27,176 bases of DNA from an uncultured bacterium (lineage in GTDB: Bacteria; UBA8481): assembly GCA_964499705.1 (NCBI GenBank), contig CAZCME010000017.1, forward strand, positions 62,001 to 89,176, written 5' to 3'. Shown piece by piece: positions 14,951-24,560 of the stretch. Within the stretch, counting starts at the first letter, position 1, and each line of letters begins with the position of its first letter. The position numbers and the translations under genes are program-made. A model generated the notes under the pieces. The model was not told where the DNA came from, searched no databases, and saw only the letters and a program-made list of their open reading frames with translations.

Positions 14951-16783
14951 ATGAGATTCATCCCCGCGCTGGTCCTTCTGCTGCTACCCCTCGCTTCCCT
15001 CGCTCAGAACATCACGGATCCCGGCGAAAAAGGCCTGAGGCTCCAGGCGGTCGGCAAACATGAAGACGCGATCGCGATGTTCAACAGGAAACTCGCGCTG
15101 GAAGCGGACAACGCCGCGATCGTCCTCGCGCGCGGCATAAGCTCCTATCATCTGAACCGTCCCGAGGACGCGCTTCGCGATTTCGGCACGGTCCTGCTGC
15201 TGGAACCGGGCATGGGGGAAGCGCACATGTGGCGCGGCCGGGTGGCGCTCGACCGGGGCCGCGCCGAAGCGGCGATCCAGGAACTGGACCGAAGTATCCA
15301 GCGAGCGCCTTACCTCATCAGCGCCTATCTCTGGCGGGGCGAAGCCTGGAACGCGCTCGGCAAGCCGGCGGAAGCGCTGAAGAATTTTTCGCGCGTCCTT
15401 CAGCTCGACGAGCGGGATACGCGGGCCCGGATGCTCCGGGGCGAACTGTTGCTCCGGAACAACCTTCCCGGCGAAGCGCTCAAGGACTTCCATCGCTCCA
15501 TCTGGCTGGATCCCGGCAATGCAACCATCTATCTGGCCCGCGGTCTGGCGCTGGCCACGATGAACCGGCATGAATCCGCGGTGCTCGACTTTACAGCCGC
15601 GCTTCATCTCGATCCGGAAAACGACACGGCGCTCCTCCATCGCGCGCGATCCTGGCAGGGCCTCGGGCTGTTCGACGCCGCGGTCCGGGATTTCGACGTC
15701 GTTTACCGGATTGATCCGGCAAGGCCGCGCGAGCCGAAATACCTCGACGCCAGGGGGCGACAGGCGCTGGCCCGCGGAGACAGTTCGCAGGCGATCGCGG
15801 ACTTTTCCGAATTCCTGACTCTTGTTCCGCATTCGTCGGATCACCTGTTTCTTCGAGGACTTTGCTACGCGGGACTGGGCGCATGGCAGGCGGCCATCCG
15901 CGATTTTTCGGCGCTGCTTCGGATGAATCCGAACGACGCGCGCGCCCTCTATTTTCGAGGGAAGGCCAGGCTGATGGCCGGCGAAACGGATCAGGCGATG
16001 GACGATCTCACGCGATGCATCGCCGTCTCCCCTCACCATGCGGAAGCGCTTGTGCAGCGCGCCCGGGCCTGGGAGAAGAAATCCGATCCAAAGCGCGCGC
16101 TGGAGGATCTGAGGCGGGCCGTGGCTCTCTCGCCCTGGAACAAGACGGCCCAGCTCCAGCTCGGCATACTCCAATCACAACAGGGCGCTTTCTTCGACGC
16201 GATCGGTTCTTTCACGGCCGCGCTTGATGCCGATCCCGCGCTCGTGATGGCCCGCGCTCATCGCGGTCACGCGCATTTCCGGCTCGGCGAGTTTTCGGCG
16301 ACCATCGCGGATTACTCCGCCGTGATCGTCGCGCTTCCCGCCGATTCGACGGCGCATCTCATGCGCGCCCGGTCTCATGCGGCCCTGGGGCAGTTCGACA
16401 ACGCGGTCGCCGATTACTCCCGCGTCCTCGCCGCCGGCGGCGGCATGCCGGGCGGGATCGACACGGACGTGTTCTTCGAGAGCGCCCGCGCCGCGTGGCG
16501 CGTCCGGCGATTCGATCTCGTCATCGCGTTTCTCGATCATCTGCTCGCCCGCCGTCCGCACGATGAAGAAGGGCTTCTGCTTCGCGCGCAAGCGCATGAA
16601 AAAGCCGGGAATCCCGACGCAGCCCTCGCCGACCTCGACGCGCTCGTGGAACGGAATCCCCGGATCGCCGACGCGCTCTACCGAAGGGGGATGCTGCGGC
16701 GCATGAAGGGCGATCTTTCCGGAGCGATCCTCGACATGGAAGCGGCGATGCGGTTGGAACCAGGCTACAGCCCTAAGGAATAA
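14951..16783 (+). CDS. exported all-TPR repeat protein
   Basis: Signal peptide MRFIPALVLLLLPLASLA followed by many 34-aa repeats of the type AYxxRGxA...AxxDFxxAxxLDP. Confidence 0.9.
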   Translation: MRFIPALVLLLLPLASLAQNITDPGEKGLRLQAVGKHEDAIAMFNRKLALEADNAAIVLARGISSYHLNRPEDALRDFGTVLLLEPGMGEAHMWRGRVALDRGRAEAAIQELDRSIQRAPYLISAYLWRGEAWNALGKPAEALKNFSRVLQLDERDTRARMLRGELLLRNNLPGEALKDFHRSIWLDPGNATIYLARGLALATMNRHESAVLDFTAALHLDPENDTALLHRARSWQGLGLFDAAVRDFDVVYRIDPARPREPKYLDARGRQALARGDSSQAIADFSEFLTLVPHSSDHLFLRGLCYAGLGAWQAAIRDFSALLRMNPNDARALYFRGKARLMAGETDQAMDDLTRCIAVSPHHAEALVQRARAWEKKSDPKRALEDLRRAVALSPWNKTAQLQLGILQSQQGAFFDAIGSFTAALDADPALVMARAHRGHAHFRLGEFSATIADYSAVIVALPADSTAHLMRARSHAALGQFDNAVADYSRVLAAGGGMPGGIDTDVFFESARAAWRVRRFDLVIAFLDHLLARRPHDEEGLLLRAQAHEKAGNPDAALADLDALVERNPRIADALYRRGMLRRMKGDLSGAILDMEAAMRLEPGYSPKE

Positions 16784-17972
16784 TCCGAAGCACTTCGAGA
16801 GTCGAGCCCGCCAGAACGGCGATATCAGAGCCCCGAACGGCCAGGGCGGGCGCGGAGGAATAATCCGAAGCGAAGAGGGGCTGGCCGGATCGGGATATGA
16901 CCACCCTGCCCCCGCTCCCGTCGCTCTTCATCTCCGTGGTTATGTCGTACGTGACCCCTTTCACCTCGACGCGCATATGTCTCCCCGGAGGACGCGCCGA
17001 ACCAGCGCCGAGAAAACGGGAATTCCCTTCGGACAGCAGGAACCGTTCTTCCATGGCCTCCACATTCAATCCTCCGTCCGCGGCGAAATAGACCGTGGAG
17101 GGCTCCGGCCAGAGATTCTCGTACCGTTCCACCAGTTCCAGGTCGCCGACGCGCCTGCGATCGGTTCGATACTCCAGGCGGGAGAAGGGCTTGATGCGCT
17201 GAGCCGAGTATCCGGTCGGTCGGCCGGTCTTTCCGTTGTAGACACGGACCGCAACGGAATCTCCTTCCGGCGAACGAATATACACAGGCAGGAGCACGAG
17301 ATCCGCGGAACGATGGCGGGCCCCTTCGCGAATCTCGGTCCGCGAGGGTTCCTTCTCCCTCCAGCCGGCCGCCCTCATCACGATGGAACGATACATTGCG
17401 GGCGAAGCAGCCGGCACGCCCTCGTCGGCAGGCCGCATGAGCGCTTCGGCGAAGGAGCGATTGAATTCATCCCGCAGGATCCGCGGCGCTCCGATGATGT
17501 CGAACAGAAGGATCTTCTTCGGCTCCGCGCCGGCGTCCGATGCGGGCAGCACATACGGAACGGCGGCATCCGGAACGGCCACGGCCGAAACGGTCACATC
17601 CGCGGCGGATGAAGTCGGAGCGTCCCGCGCCCCAGCCGCCGCCACCACCGCGACGCCGTCCCACGGCTCGATCCGGTCGCCGGCCCGGGCGGATCCCGAA
17701 GTGATGGTCACGGTGACATGCTCGTCGCGAACGCGAAAGACCGATCCCCGGGCGACCACGACGTCCCGATTCCCGATGCCCCGATGGACCGATACGGGAT
17801 CTCCGGGCTGCATCGATAGAGCGCTGCCCGCCATTTCGGCAAAGACGACATCTCCCGAGGAAAAGAATATTTCCGCCGAGGCGCCTTGACTCGAAGCAAA
17901 AGCGCTCATGGAGCCCACGGCGATGGCCGATAGACAAAAAAGCCCGCGGCAGGCCGCAAGATGGCCGGCCAC
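16773..17972 (-). CDS. exported hypothetical protein with FlgT_C-like beta domain and TolB_N/CsgG-like alpha/beta domain
   Basis: Long ORF. The track start at 18209 overlaps a better plus-strand gene, so the start is placed near GTG 17972 (ATG 17909 is also possible), ahead of a signal-like stretch. Domain guesses rest on GDPVSVHR...ARGSVFRV...AGDRIEP and ADLVLL...VRVYNGKTG patterns. Confidence 0.6.
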   Translation of the reverse strand: MAGHLAACRGLFCLSAIAVGSMSAFASSQGASAEIFFSSGDVVFAEMAGSALSMQPGDPVSVHRGIGNRDVVVARGSVFRVRDEHVTVTITSGSARAGDRIEPWDGVAVVAAAGARDAPTSSAADVTVSAVAVPDAAVPYVLPASDAGAEPKKILLFDIIGAPRILRDEFNRSFAEALMRPADEGVPAASPAMYRSIVMRAAGWREKEPSRTEIREGARHRSADLVLLPVYIRSPEGDSVAVRVYNGKTGRPTGYSAQRIKPFSRLEYRTDRRRVGDLELVERYENLWPEPSTVYFAADGGLNVEAMEERFLLSEGNSRFLGAGSARPPGRHMRVEVKGVTYDITTEMKSDGSGGRVVISRSGQPLFASDYSSAPALAVRGSDIAVLAGSTLEVLRIIP

Positions 17973-17997
17973 GAAACCGAACGGGAGGAAACGCACC

Positions 17998-18177
17998 ATG
18001 ACCACATCCATCGAACAATTCCTGACGCACATCAACAAGCGCGTGAACATGCTGGAACTTGAAATCCAGAAACTCCAGAGCCAGCGGAGAGCCCTCTCCG
18101 AAGCCAGGATCATACCGTTCGCTTCCAGAAAAAAGTCAAGCGACGCTGACACAGCGAACTTCCGAAAAGCCGCATAA
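17998..18177 (+). CDS. small coiled-coil protein (59 aa) ending in RKAA
   Basis: GGGAGG Shine-Dalgarno at 17983-17988. MTTSIEQFLTHINKRVNMLELEIQKLQSQRRALSEARIIPFASRKKSSDADTANFRKAA shows a clear heptad pattern. Confidence 0.7.
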   Translation: MTTSIEQFLTHINKRVNMLELEIQKLQSQRRALSEARIIPFASRKKSSDADTANFRKAA

Positions 18178-18206
18178 TCCGCTTCACTCCCGACAGGATA
18201 AACTGA

Positions 18207-18234
18207 CATCCCTCATGCTTCATCCTTCAACCTT
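18207..18234. repeat. four tandem 7-mers, CATCCTT
   Basis: CATCCCT CATGCTT CATCCTT CAACCTT between convergent stop codons. Confidence 0.7.
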
Positions 18235-18240
18235 TTCCTG

Positions 18241-19086
18241 CTAGATCGGTCGCCGCTTCGTTCTCAACTTCTCGAGGTCCGCCGCATCCATCCTGACCAT
18301 GCCCAGCTGGCGATTGGGTCGGGAAGCCCCGTGAAAGTCGGATCCGGCGGTCGATACCAGGTTAAGCTCCGCGGCAAGTTCGCGCCAACGCGTCACCGTG
18401 TCGTCGGAGTATGTCCCGTAGCAGGCTTCGATGCCGCACAATCCCTGTCCCGCAAGAACGCGGATCATGGCGGGATCGCTGTATGTATGCGGATGAGCCA
18501 GAACCGGCACGCCTCCCGCGCGCATGATCATCTCGAACGCCTCCGCCGGCAGGAGCCGCGGAGACGGGACGAAAGCGGGGCGGCCATCGGCGAGGAAACG
18601 GTGGAAGGCCTCATCGTAGGAGCCGACGTAGCCTTCATCGACCAGCGCCTTGGCGATGTGAGGACGTCCCACCGAGGCGTGCTCGGGGCGTTCGGGCAGC
18701 GTGATCTTCATTCCGAATTTCGCGAGGCGTTCGATAATCTCCCGGGCTCTCTCGGTACGGCGGCGGCGAAGAAACGCCAGCGGTTCGACAAGAAACGGGG
18801 AGTCGTGATCGATGAAGAATCCCAGCACATGGCAGGTGCCTTTCGACACATCGCAGGAAATCTCCACTCCCGGAACGACCTCCAGGCCGCTCCCATTCGC
18901 CGCCTCGAGCGCCTCGGGAATTCCGGCGGTCGTATCATGATCCGTGACGGCCACGGCCGCGAGGCCCGCTGCCAGGGCGGCCGCGATCAAGCCCGCAGGG
19001 GGAAGCTCGCCGTCCGACGCATTCGTATGCGCATGCAGATCGGCTCCCTGACGATGGCTCTGCGCGTGCGGCGCGGTCGCGTTCAC
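18241..19086 (-). CDS. PHP-domain phosphoesterase (YciV/TrpH-like)
   Basis: DLHAHTNASDG, AVTDHD, PGVEIS, HVLG, GRPHIA, VLAHP, GSDFHG. Start reassigned to GTG 19086, which overlaps the upstream TGA (GTGA). Confidence 0.92.
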   Translation of the reverse strand: MNATAPHAQSHRQGADLHAHTNASDGELPPAGLIAAALAAGLAAVAVTDHDTTAGIPEALEAANGSGLEVVPGVEISCDVSKGTCHVLGFFIDHDSPFLVEPLAFLRRRRTERAREIIERLAKFGMKITLPERPEHASVGRPHIAKALVDEGYVGSYDEAFHRFLADGRPAFVPSPRLLPAEAFEMIMRAGGVPVLAHPHTYSDPAMIRVLAGQGLCGIEACYGTYSDDTVTRWRELAAELNLVSTAGSDFHGASRPNRQLGMVRMDAADLEKLRTKRRPI

Positions 19087-20306
19087 GAGGTCATGGCCCT
19101 GCCGACCGGCGCTTCGCGCGGAGACGCTTCCGGCCGCCAGGAAAGCGCGGCGGAGGACATGAGCGCGACTCCGATGGACAGGCAAGACTCATCGATGTTG
19201 AACTGCGCGTTATGATGTCCGTATTTCGTCGCGGGATCGTCATTGGATGAACCGAGCCTGAAAAAGCAGGACGGAACCTTCTGCGCGATGTAGGCGAAAT
19301 CCTCGCCGCCCATAGATGGATTCGTCATGATCCGGATGCCGTCTTCCCCCACGATGTCCGAGGCGATCCGCTCCACGTACCGCGTCATCCCCTTGTCGTT
19401 CATGACGACCGGATAGCCTTCGATCCAGGTGAGGTCGAATCCGCACTCCACGATCTCCGCGGCGGCGCGCGCGGCTCGTTCGAGAAGTTCGCGACCCTTC
19501 ATCCTCATCTCGGAATTCAACGTCCGGATCGTGCCTTCGATGACCGCTTCGGACGCGATGACGTTCCGGCGCGTGCCCGCGGCGAGCTTGCCGACCGTGA
19601 CGACGACGTTCTCGAAGGGATCGACGCGACGGGAGACGATCTTCTGGATCTGCGCCACGAAGTCGGCGGCGGCCACCAGCGAATCGCGGGTGTTGTGCGG
19701 TTGAGCCGCGTGGCCCGACACGCCGCGGAAGACGACATTGAAGTCGTCGCTGTTGGCCATCATCGGGCCCGACTTCAGGGCGATCGTTCCGACCGGCTCC
19801 TGCGGATAGACATGGAGCGCCACCGCTCCCGCGATTCCCTCCAATGCCCCTCCCGCGATCATCGAAAGCGCGCCGCCCGGGTGCGTCTCCTCGCTGGGTT
19901 GAAACACGAGCCGGACTCCGCGCTTCAATTGATCCGCCTGCTCGGCGATGACCCTCGCGGCACCGAGGAGAATCGCGGTATGCGCGTCATGGCCGCAGGC
20001 ATGCATCATCCCCTTGACGCGGGAGGCGTATTCGACGCCGGTCTCCTCTTCTATCTCCAGGGCATCCATATCCGCCCGCAGAAGGATACCATCGCCGAAG
20101 GGGCCGATATCGGCGATGATCCCCGTCCCGGCGACTCTCCGGATCGTCCAGCGGTTATCGCCCGAGCCGATGGCGGTCAGTTCCCGTTCGACGAGCTGTG
20201 AAGTTTCGAATTCCCGGAAACCCGGCTCCGGATGGCGATGGATCGCGCGTCTCAGGTCGACCAGGTGGTCGCGAAGGGAGGTGGCGCGTTGCAGGACTGC
20301 GGACAT
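19083..20306 (-). CDS. M20D-family amidohydrolase
   Basis: RRAIHRHPE, LRADMDAL, MHACGHDAH, FQPSEE, GHAAQPH, MGGEDF, HHNAQF. Confidence 0.95.
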   Translation of the reverse strand: MSAVLQRATSLRDHLVDLRRAIHRHPEPGFREFETSQLVERELTAIGSGDNRWTIRRVAGTGIIADIGPFGDGILLRADMDALEIEEETGVEYASRVKGMMHACGHDAHTAILLGAARVIAEQADQLKRGVRLVFQPSEETHPGGALSMIAGGALEGIAGAVALHVYPQEPVGTIALKSGPMMANSDDFNVVFRGVSGHAAQPHNTRDSLVAAADFVAQIQKIVSRRVDPFENVVVTVGKLAAGTRRNVIASEAVIEGTIRTLNSEMRMKGRELLERAARAAAEIVECGFDLTWIEGYPVVMNDKGMTRYVERIASDIVGEDGIRIMTNPSMGGEDFAYIAQKVPSCFFRLGSSNDDPATKYGHHNAQFNIDESCLSIGVALMSSAALSWRPEASPREAPVGRAMTS

Positions 20307-20321
20307 GTTGTTGATGCAGGC

Positions 20322-20350
20322 ATTCTACAACCGGTTGCGAGGGTATTCAA
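20322..20350 (-). promoter_or_regulatory. sigma70 promoter of the amidohydrolase-PHP pair
   Basis: Minus strand TTGAAT (20350-20345), 17 nt, TAGAAT (20327-20322), 15 nt, ATG 20306. No Shine-Dalgarno in the short leader. Confidence 0.65.
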
Positions 20351-22368
20351 AGGAAAATACCGGCGGCCAGCTTCGCGAATTCGTCCGCATCCATGATCCT
20401 TACACCCAGCGCCTCGGCCCTCGTGCGCTTCGATCCGGCTCCCTCCCCCGCGACCACGAGATCCGTCTGCTTCGAGACGCTCGATTGAACGATCGCTCCG
20501 AGACGCCGCGCGGCGTCTTCCGCCGCGCGGCGGTCAAGCCCGGGCACGGTGCCGGTCAGGACGACCTTCAGACCTGTAAGAGGAGAATCCACCGGCTTTT
20601 CCTCCTCGTGCTTCGCATCGCACGCTCGCAGTCCGGCGGTTTCCAGTTTTTTCAGCAACGCGCCGGAGGCGGCATCATCGAAATAGCCCCGGATGCCCCC
20701 GGCGAGGGTATCGCCGATCTCCGGAACATCCAGGAGCCTCTCGGCGGAAGCCTCCCGCATGGCCGCCAGGGTCTTCAAGGACCTCACCATGTCCCGCGCC
20801 GTCGCTTCTCCGACGCCCGGAATCCCCAGGGCGAATATCAGCCGCTCCAGAGGTTGCTCCTTCGAACGCTCGATGGATCGCAACAACTTCGCCCCGGATG
20901 TCTCGGCCATTCTCGGGAGCGTCAGGATCTGTTCCATCGTGAGCGCGAACAGGTCGCCCGCATCCCGGACGAGATGCGCGAAAATCAAAGCGTCCACCAC
21001 CGATTCGCCCAGGCCGTCGATCTTCATCGCGCCCCGGCTCCCGAAATGCAGGATCCGCGCGCGCAACGTCGCCGGACACGACGGGCTGACGCAGCGCCTC
21101 TTGATGAGTCCTTCGACGCGAACGAGAGTGCCTCCGCAGACCGGGCAGTCATCGGGCATCGGAAACGGCTTGCCGCGCCTCGGCGCCGCCACGATCCCGA
21201 TCACCTGAGGGATGATCTCGCCCGCCTTCTGAACACGCACGCTGTCCCCCACCCGCAGATCCAGCCGCCGGATCTCCTCCTCGTTATGGAGCGTCGCCGA
21301 CGAGACTGTCGTGCCCGACAATCGCACCGGTTCCAGTTTCGCCACGGGCGTGATAACTCCAGTGCGGCCGACCTGCCACTCGATCGACAGCAGTTTCGTC
21401 TCCGCGACTTCCGGCGCGAATTTGTACGCGATCGCCCACCGGGGCGATCGCGACCGTTCCCCGAGTTCCATTCGCGCTTCACCCGAATCGATCTTCACGA
21501 CGATGCCGTCCGTCTCGAACGGATAGTCCCTGCGGGCGCGGTTCCTTTCGTCGAGATCGGCGACGATCTCCTCGACGGATTCATGGATCCGGCAATAAGG
21601 CACGACGGGAAGCCCGCAGCCCGATAATCGCTCCATGAATTCCATATGGCTGCCGGAGAGATTCGCGACGCTGTGGATGCAGATGCCGAGGCGACGGCGG
21701 GCCACCTCGCGGCTGTCCAGGAGCTTCAGCGTGCCGGCCGCCGTATTGCGCGGATTGGCGAACGGATCCTCGCCCTTGTCCGTCATCTCCCTGACCAGTT
21801 CGGCGAATCCCTTCTTCGTGATGAAGACTTCCCCGCGCAGGTGGAGCTCCCCCTTCATCGCGGCGTTCCTCTTCACTTCCATCGGCAGCTCCGGGATCGT
21901 GCGGATGTTCTCCGTGACATCCTCGCCGGTGACTCCATCTCCGCGGGTCGCGGCGAGCACCAGGCTGCCGTCGCGATACGTGAGCGCGACGGCCACGCCG
22001 TCGATCTTCGGTTCCACGACATATCGCGGATGCGCGATGACCTTCCGCACCCGTTCGTCGAACGCGATAAGCTCCTCGGCGGTGTAAGTATTGTCCAGCG
22101 ACATGAGCGGCACCGCATGCGCGACGCGCTCGTGAGCCTTCGTCTCCCCCGGAGATGCTCCGACCCGCCGCGTCGGCGAATCCTCCGCCTGCCATTCAGG
22201 ATGCTCTCCCTCGATCCTTTCCAGCTCCGCGAGCATCGCGTCGTATGCCTGGTCGGATATCTCCGGACGCGCCATGTTGTAATAAAGCTGGTTGTGCCGC
22301 TCGATCTCCTTCCTCAGGAAATCGATGCGGCTCCGCGCCGCCTTTGCTGTCTTCTTCTTCACGCTCAC
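20347..22368 (-). CDS. ligA: NAD-dependent DNA ligase
   Basis: EPKIDG adenylation motif, ATRGDG..GEDVT, FANPRN, PRWAIAYKF, WQVGRTG, ATLHN, Cys4 zinc finger, HhH motifs, C-terminal BRCT. Confidence 0.99.
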   Translation of the reverse strand: MSVKKKTAKAARSRIDFLRKEIERHNQLYYNMARPEISDQAYDAMLAELERIEGEHPEWQAEDSPTRRVGASPGETKAHERVAHAVPLMSLDNTYTAEELIAFDERVRKVIAHPRYVVEPKIDGVAVALTYRDGSLVLAATRGDGVTGEDVTENIRTIPELPMEVKRNAAMKGELHLRGEVFITKKGFAELVREMTDKGEDPFANPRNTAAGTLKLLDSREVARRRLGICIHSVANLSGSHMEFMERLSGCGLPVVPYCRIHESVEEIVADLDERNRARRDYPFETDGIVVKIDSGEARMELGERSRSPRWAIAYKFAPEVAETKLLSIEWQVGRTGVITPVAKLEPVRLSGTTVSSATLHNEEEIRRLDLRVGDSVRVQKAGEIIPQVIGIVAAPRRGKPFPMPDDCPVCGGTLVRVEGLIKRRCVSPSCPATLRARILHFGSRGAMKIDGLGESVVDALIFAHLVRDAGDLFALTMEQILTLPRMAETSGAKLLRSIERSKEQPLERLIFALGIPGVGEATARDMVRSLKTLAAMREASAERLLDVPEIGDTLAGGIRGYFDDAASGALLKKLETAGLRACDAKHEEEKPVDSPLTGLKVVLTGTVPGLDRRAAEDAARRLGAIVQSSVSKQTDLVVAGEGAGSKRTRAEALGVRIMDADEFAKLAAGIFL

Positions 22369-22375
22369 CAGTTCA

Positions 22376-24559
22376 TCACCTCCAGCGGAAGATCTCCGCG
22401 ATCGGCGAATAGTCGTCCGTCCAGATCCTCATGCCCGTGGATCCCTTCTCCATGATCCATCCTCCCGTCGTCATCGGCGCCTTGTCAAAGGCCTTTTCAT
22501 GCCGGCTCATCGCCATCCACAGGGACGTCCCGATGCCGCGCGCCTGCATCCGCTCGTCCCTGACATCGCTCTGGTAGAGGCAGAAAAGACCGTGATCCGC
22601 CGCAAGATTCCTGAGGATGGGTTCGAGATCGAGATACCGGTTCGAGATGTGGAAGGCGAGAATGCCGTTCTCCGAGAGGCGCGAAAGGTAGATCCCGAGC
22701 GCCTCCTTCGTAAGCAGGTGCACGGGAATCGCGTCGGAACTGAAAGCGTCGAGCACGATCAGGCCGTAGGTCTCCTTCGCGTCGCGAAGCGAAAGACGCG
22801 CATCGCCGAGCCGGATCCGCAGGATGCCGTTCGCGCGGGACAGATAGAGGAAACAGCGCGTATCGAGCGCGATCCGGGCGACGGCGGGATCGATTTCGTA
22901 GAAATCCATGCGGCGGCCCGGCTCCGCGTAGGTCGCCATGGATCCCGCTCCGAGCCCCACGACGGCAACCGGATGAACGGTATCGCCCAGCGCGAAGGCA
23001 CTGTAAACCTGCCCCACCGGCCCCGTCGTGTGGTAATACGACAGGGGCTCATCGATCCTATCCGGCTCGAAACTCTGCCTCCCATGGATCGTACTCCCGT
23101 GCGACAGCGTGTGCGACGGCGGGCTGAGGACGCGGGCGACCTTGTACACGCCGAAGAAACTGCGGGAACGACTCACGATCTGCCCGTGGTAATCCTGGTA
23201 GAAGACGCCGGCCATGAGGAGCACGCCGAGCGCGAGGGAAAAACAAAGGGGCTTTCGCAGCATCATAAGGCAGAGGATCGCGGGAACGATCATGGCGGCG
23301 AAACCGGCGAAGCGTCCCAGCGGTGATATCCAGACCACCAGCGTGAGATCGATCAGGAAATACAGAACGCCGATGATGACGGGGAAGAGGATGTCGGTCC
23401 TGTCGATGTGGAGCGGCGCGGAGCCGCGCGCGGACGTCGTGATGAGCGCGGCGAGCATGAGGACGATCGGATATTCGATGAGCCGGTCGAACAGCAGGGG
23501 GGCGAGCAGGGAATTGAATATGCCGCCCAGCACGCCGCCGAGCGCGATCCAGACGTAATATTCGGTCAGGCGGTCGGGGGAAGGCTGCAGAGCGGCAAGC
23601 TCGCCGTGGCATGCGACCGCGACGAAGAAGAACGCGGCGAGATGCAGCAGGAGCGGGATCCAGGCATAACCGGCTGAAATGGAATTCGAGGACATCCAGA
23701 GCGTCAGCGGCAGAAGCATCAGCGGGGCGAGTCGCGCGGCCGATCCGTGCGAGATGACGGGTCGTCGCGAGAACGCGATCGCGAAGGTCAGGAGATAAAG
23801 CGCGAGCGGAATGACCCAGATGAGGGGAACCGCGGCGATATCCATCGAGATCGTTCCCGTCGCGCCCAACAGCAGGCTCGACGGCACGAACGCGAGCACG
23901 ATCCAGCGGGACCTGAGAGACGGATCGAGCGAAGCGGACGCATCCGAAGCCGGCGCGGCAGGCACGGACAGGGGCGTCGCCGGTCGAAAAACGATCGCGC
24001 AGAGGAGAACGAGAGAAGCGGTGATGAGAAAAAGGGAGGACGCGAAGCGGGTTTGATCGGGAAGCGCCAAGAGCGGTTCCATGAGGAAGGGATACGACAG
24101 CAGACCGAGAAGACTGCCCAGGTTGCTGACGGCGTACAGCGGATACGGGCGATCCGCGCCGCGAAACGCGGAGAGCGAGAACCACCTCTGCAGGAGTGGA
24201 GCGGTGGAGGCGAGCGCGATGAAGGGCAGGGCGATGGACGAGAAGAGCGCCTGGAGGAGCTCCAGGACCGGCAGCGCGGCCCGGGCACCATCGGCCGCTT
24301 CAGGCTTCATGGGAAGAAAGAAGCAGGATAGCGCGAGGAGGACGGCGTGCGAGAGCTTTTGCGTGGTGACAGTCATGCGGGTCCGGGTGAGATGAACGTA
24401 TCCATAACCCAGGAGAAGCATCGCCTGGAAGAAGAGCATGCAGGTCAACCAGACCGACGGGCTGCCTCCGAACTCCGGCAGGAGCATCTTGGAGACCATG
24501 GGCTGAAGGAGGAAGAGCAGGAAGGAGCTCGAAAAGATCGCGGCGGCGGCGAAGATCAC
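22376..24559 (-). CDS. multi-pass membrane protein fused to a spermidine-synthase-like SAM-binding domain
   Basis: LLPEFGGSPSVW...FFQ..LL.GY, PYPLYAVSNLGS, about 13 or more hydrophobic segments, then HGSTIHG, VGLGAGS, YEIDP, LGDARL, DAFSSDAIPVHLLT, WTDDYS. Confidence 0.9.
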   Translation of the reverse strand: MIFAAAAIFSSSFLLFLLQPMVSKMLLPEFGGSPSVWLTCMLFFQAMLLLGYGYVHLTRTRMTVTTQKLSHAVLLALSCFFLPMKPEAADGARAALPVLELLQALFSSIALPFIALASTAPLLQRWFSLSAFRGADRPYPLYAVSNLGSLLGLLSYPFLMEPLLALPDQTRFASSLFLITASLVLLCAIVFRPATPLSVPAAPASDASASLDPSLRSRWIVLAFVPSSLLLGATGTISMDIAAVPLIWVIPLALYLLTFAIAFSRRPVISHGSAARLAPLMLLPLTLWMSSNSISAGYAWIPLLLHLAAFFFVAVACHGELAALQPSPDRLTEYYVWIALGGVLGGIFNSLLAPLLFDRLIEYPIVLMLAALITTSARGSAPLHIDRTDILFPVIIGVLYFLIDLTLVVWISPLGRFAGFAAMIVPAILCLMMLRKPLCFSLALGVLLMAGVFYQDYHGQIVSRSRSFFGVYKVARVLSPPSHTLSHGSTIHGRQSFEPDRIDEPLSYYHTTGPVGQVYSAFALGDTVHPVAVVGLGAGSMATYAEPGRRMDFYEIDPAVARIALDTRCFLYLSRANGILRIRLGDARLSLRDAKETYGLIVLDAFSSDAIPVHLLTKEALGIYLSRLSENGILAFHISNRYLDLEPILRNLAADHGLFCLYQSDVRDERMQARGIGTSLWMAMSRHEKAFDKAPMTTGGWIMEKGSTGMRIWTDDYSPIAEIFRWR

Positions 24560-24560
24560 G

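Noticed and set aside
17973-18209. N-terminal extension of the minus-strand ORF to 18209
   Set aside because: It would fully overlap the better-supported plus-strand small gene and bury the signal peptide.
18100-18240. tmRNA, suggested by the tag-like peptide ADTANFRKAA
   Set aside because: No tRNA-like 5' end (GGGG...GGATTCGAC) or T-arm/CCA 3' end nearby. The peptide is the end of an ordinary ORF with its own Shine-Dalgarno.
9925-24185. Other long shadow ORFs (9925-11094, 10032-11369, 12573-13619, 14984-16174, 19948-21627, 22292-23326, 23058-24185)
   Set aside because: Each overlaps a well-supported gene and has Arg/Gly/Pro-rich, non-protein-like composition.
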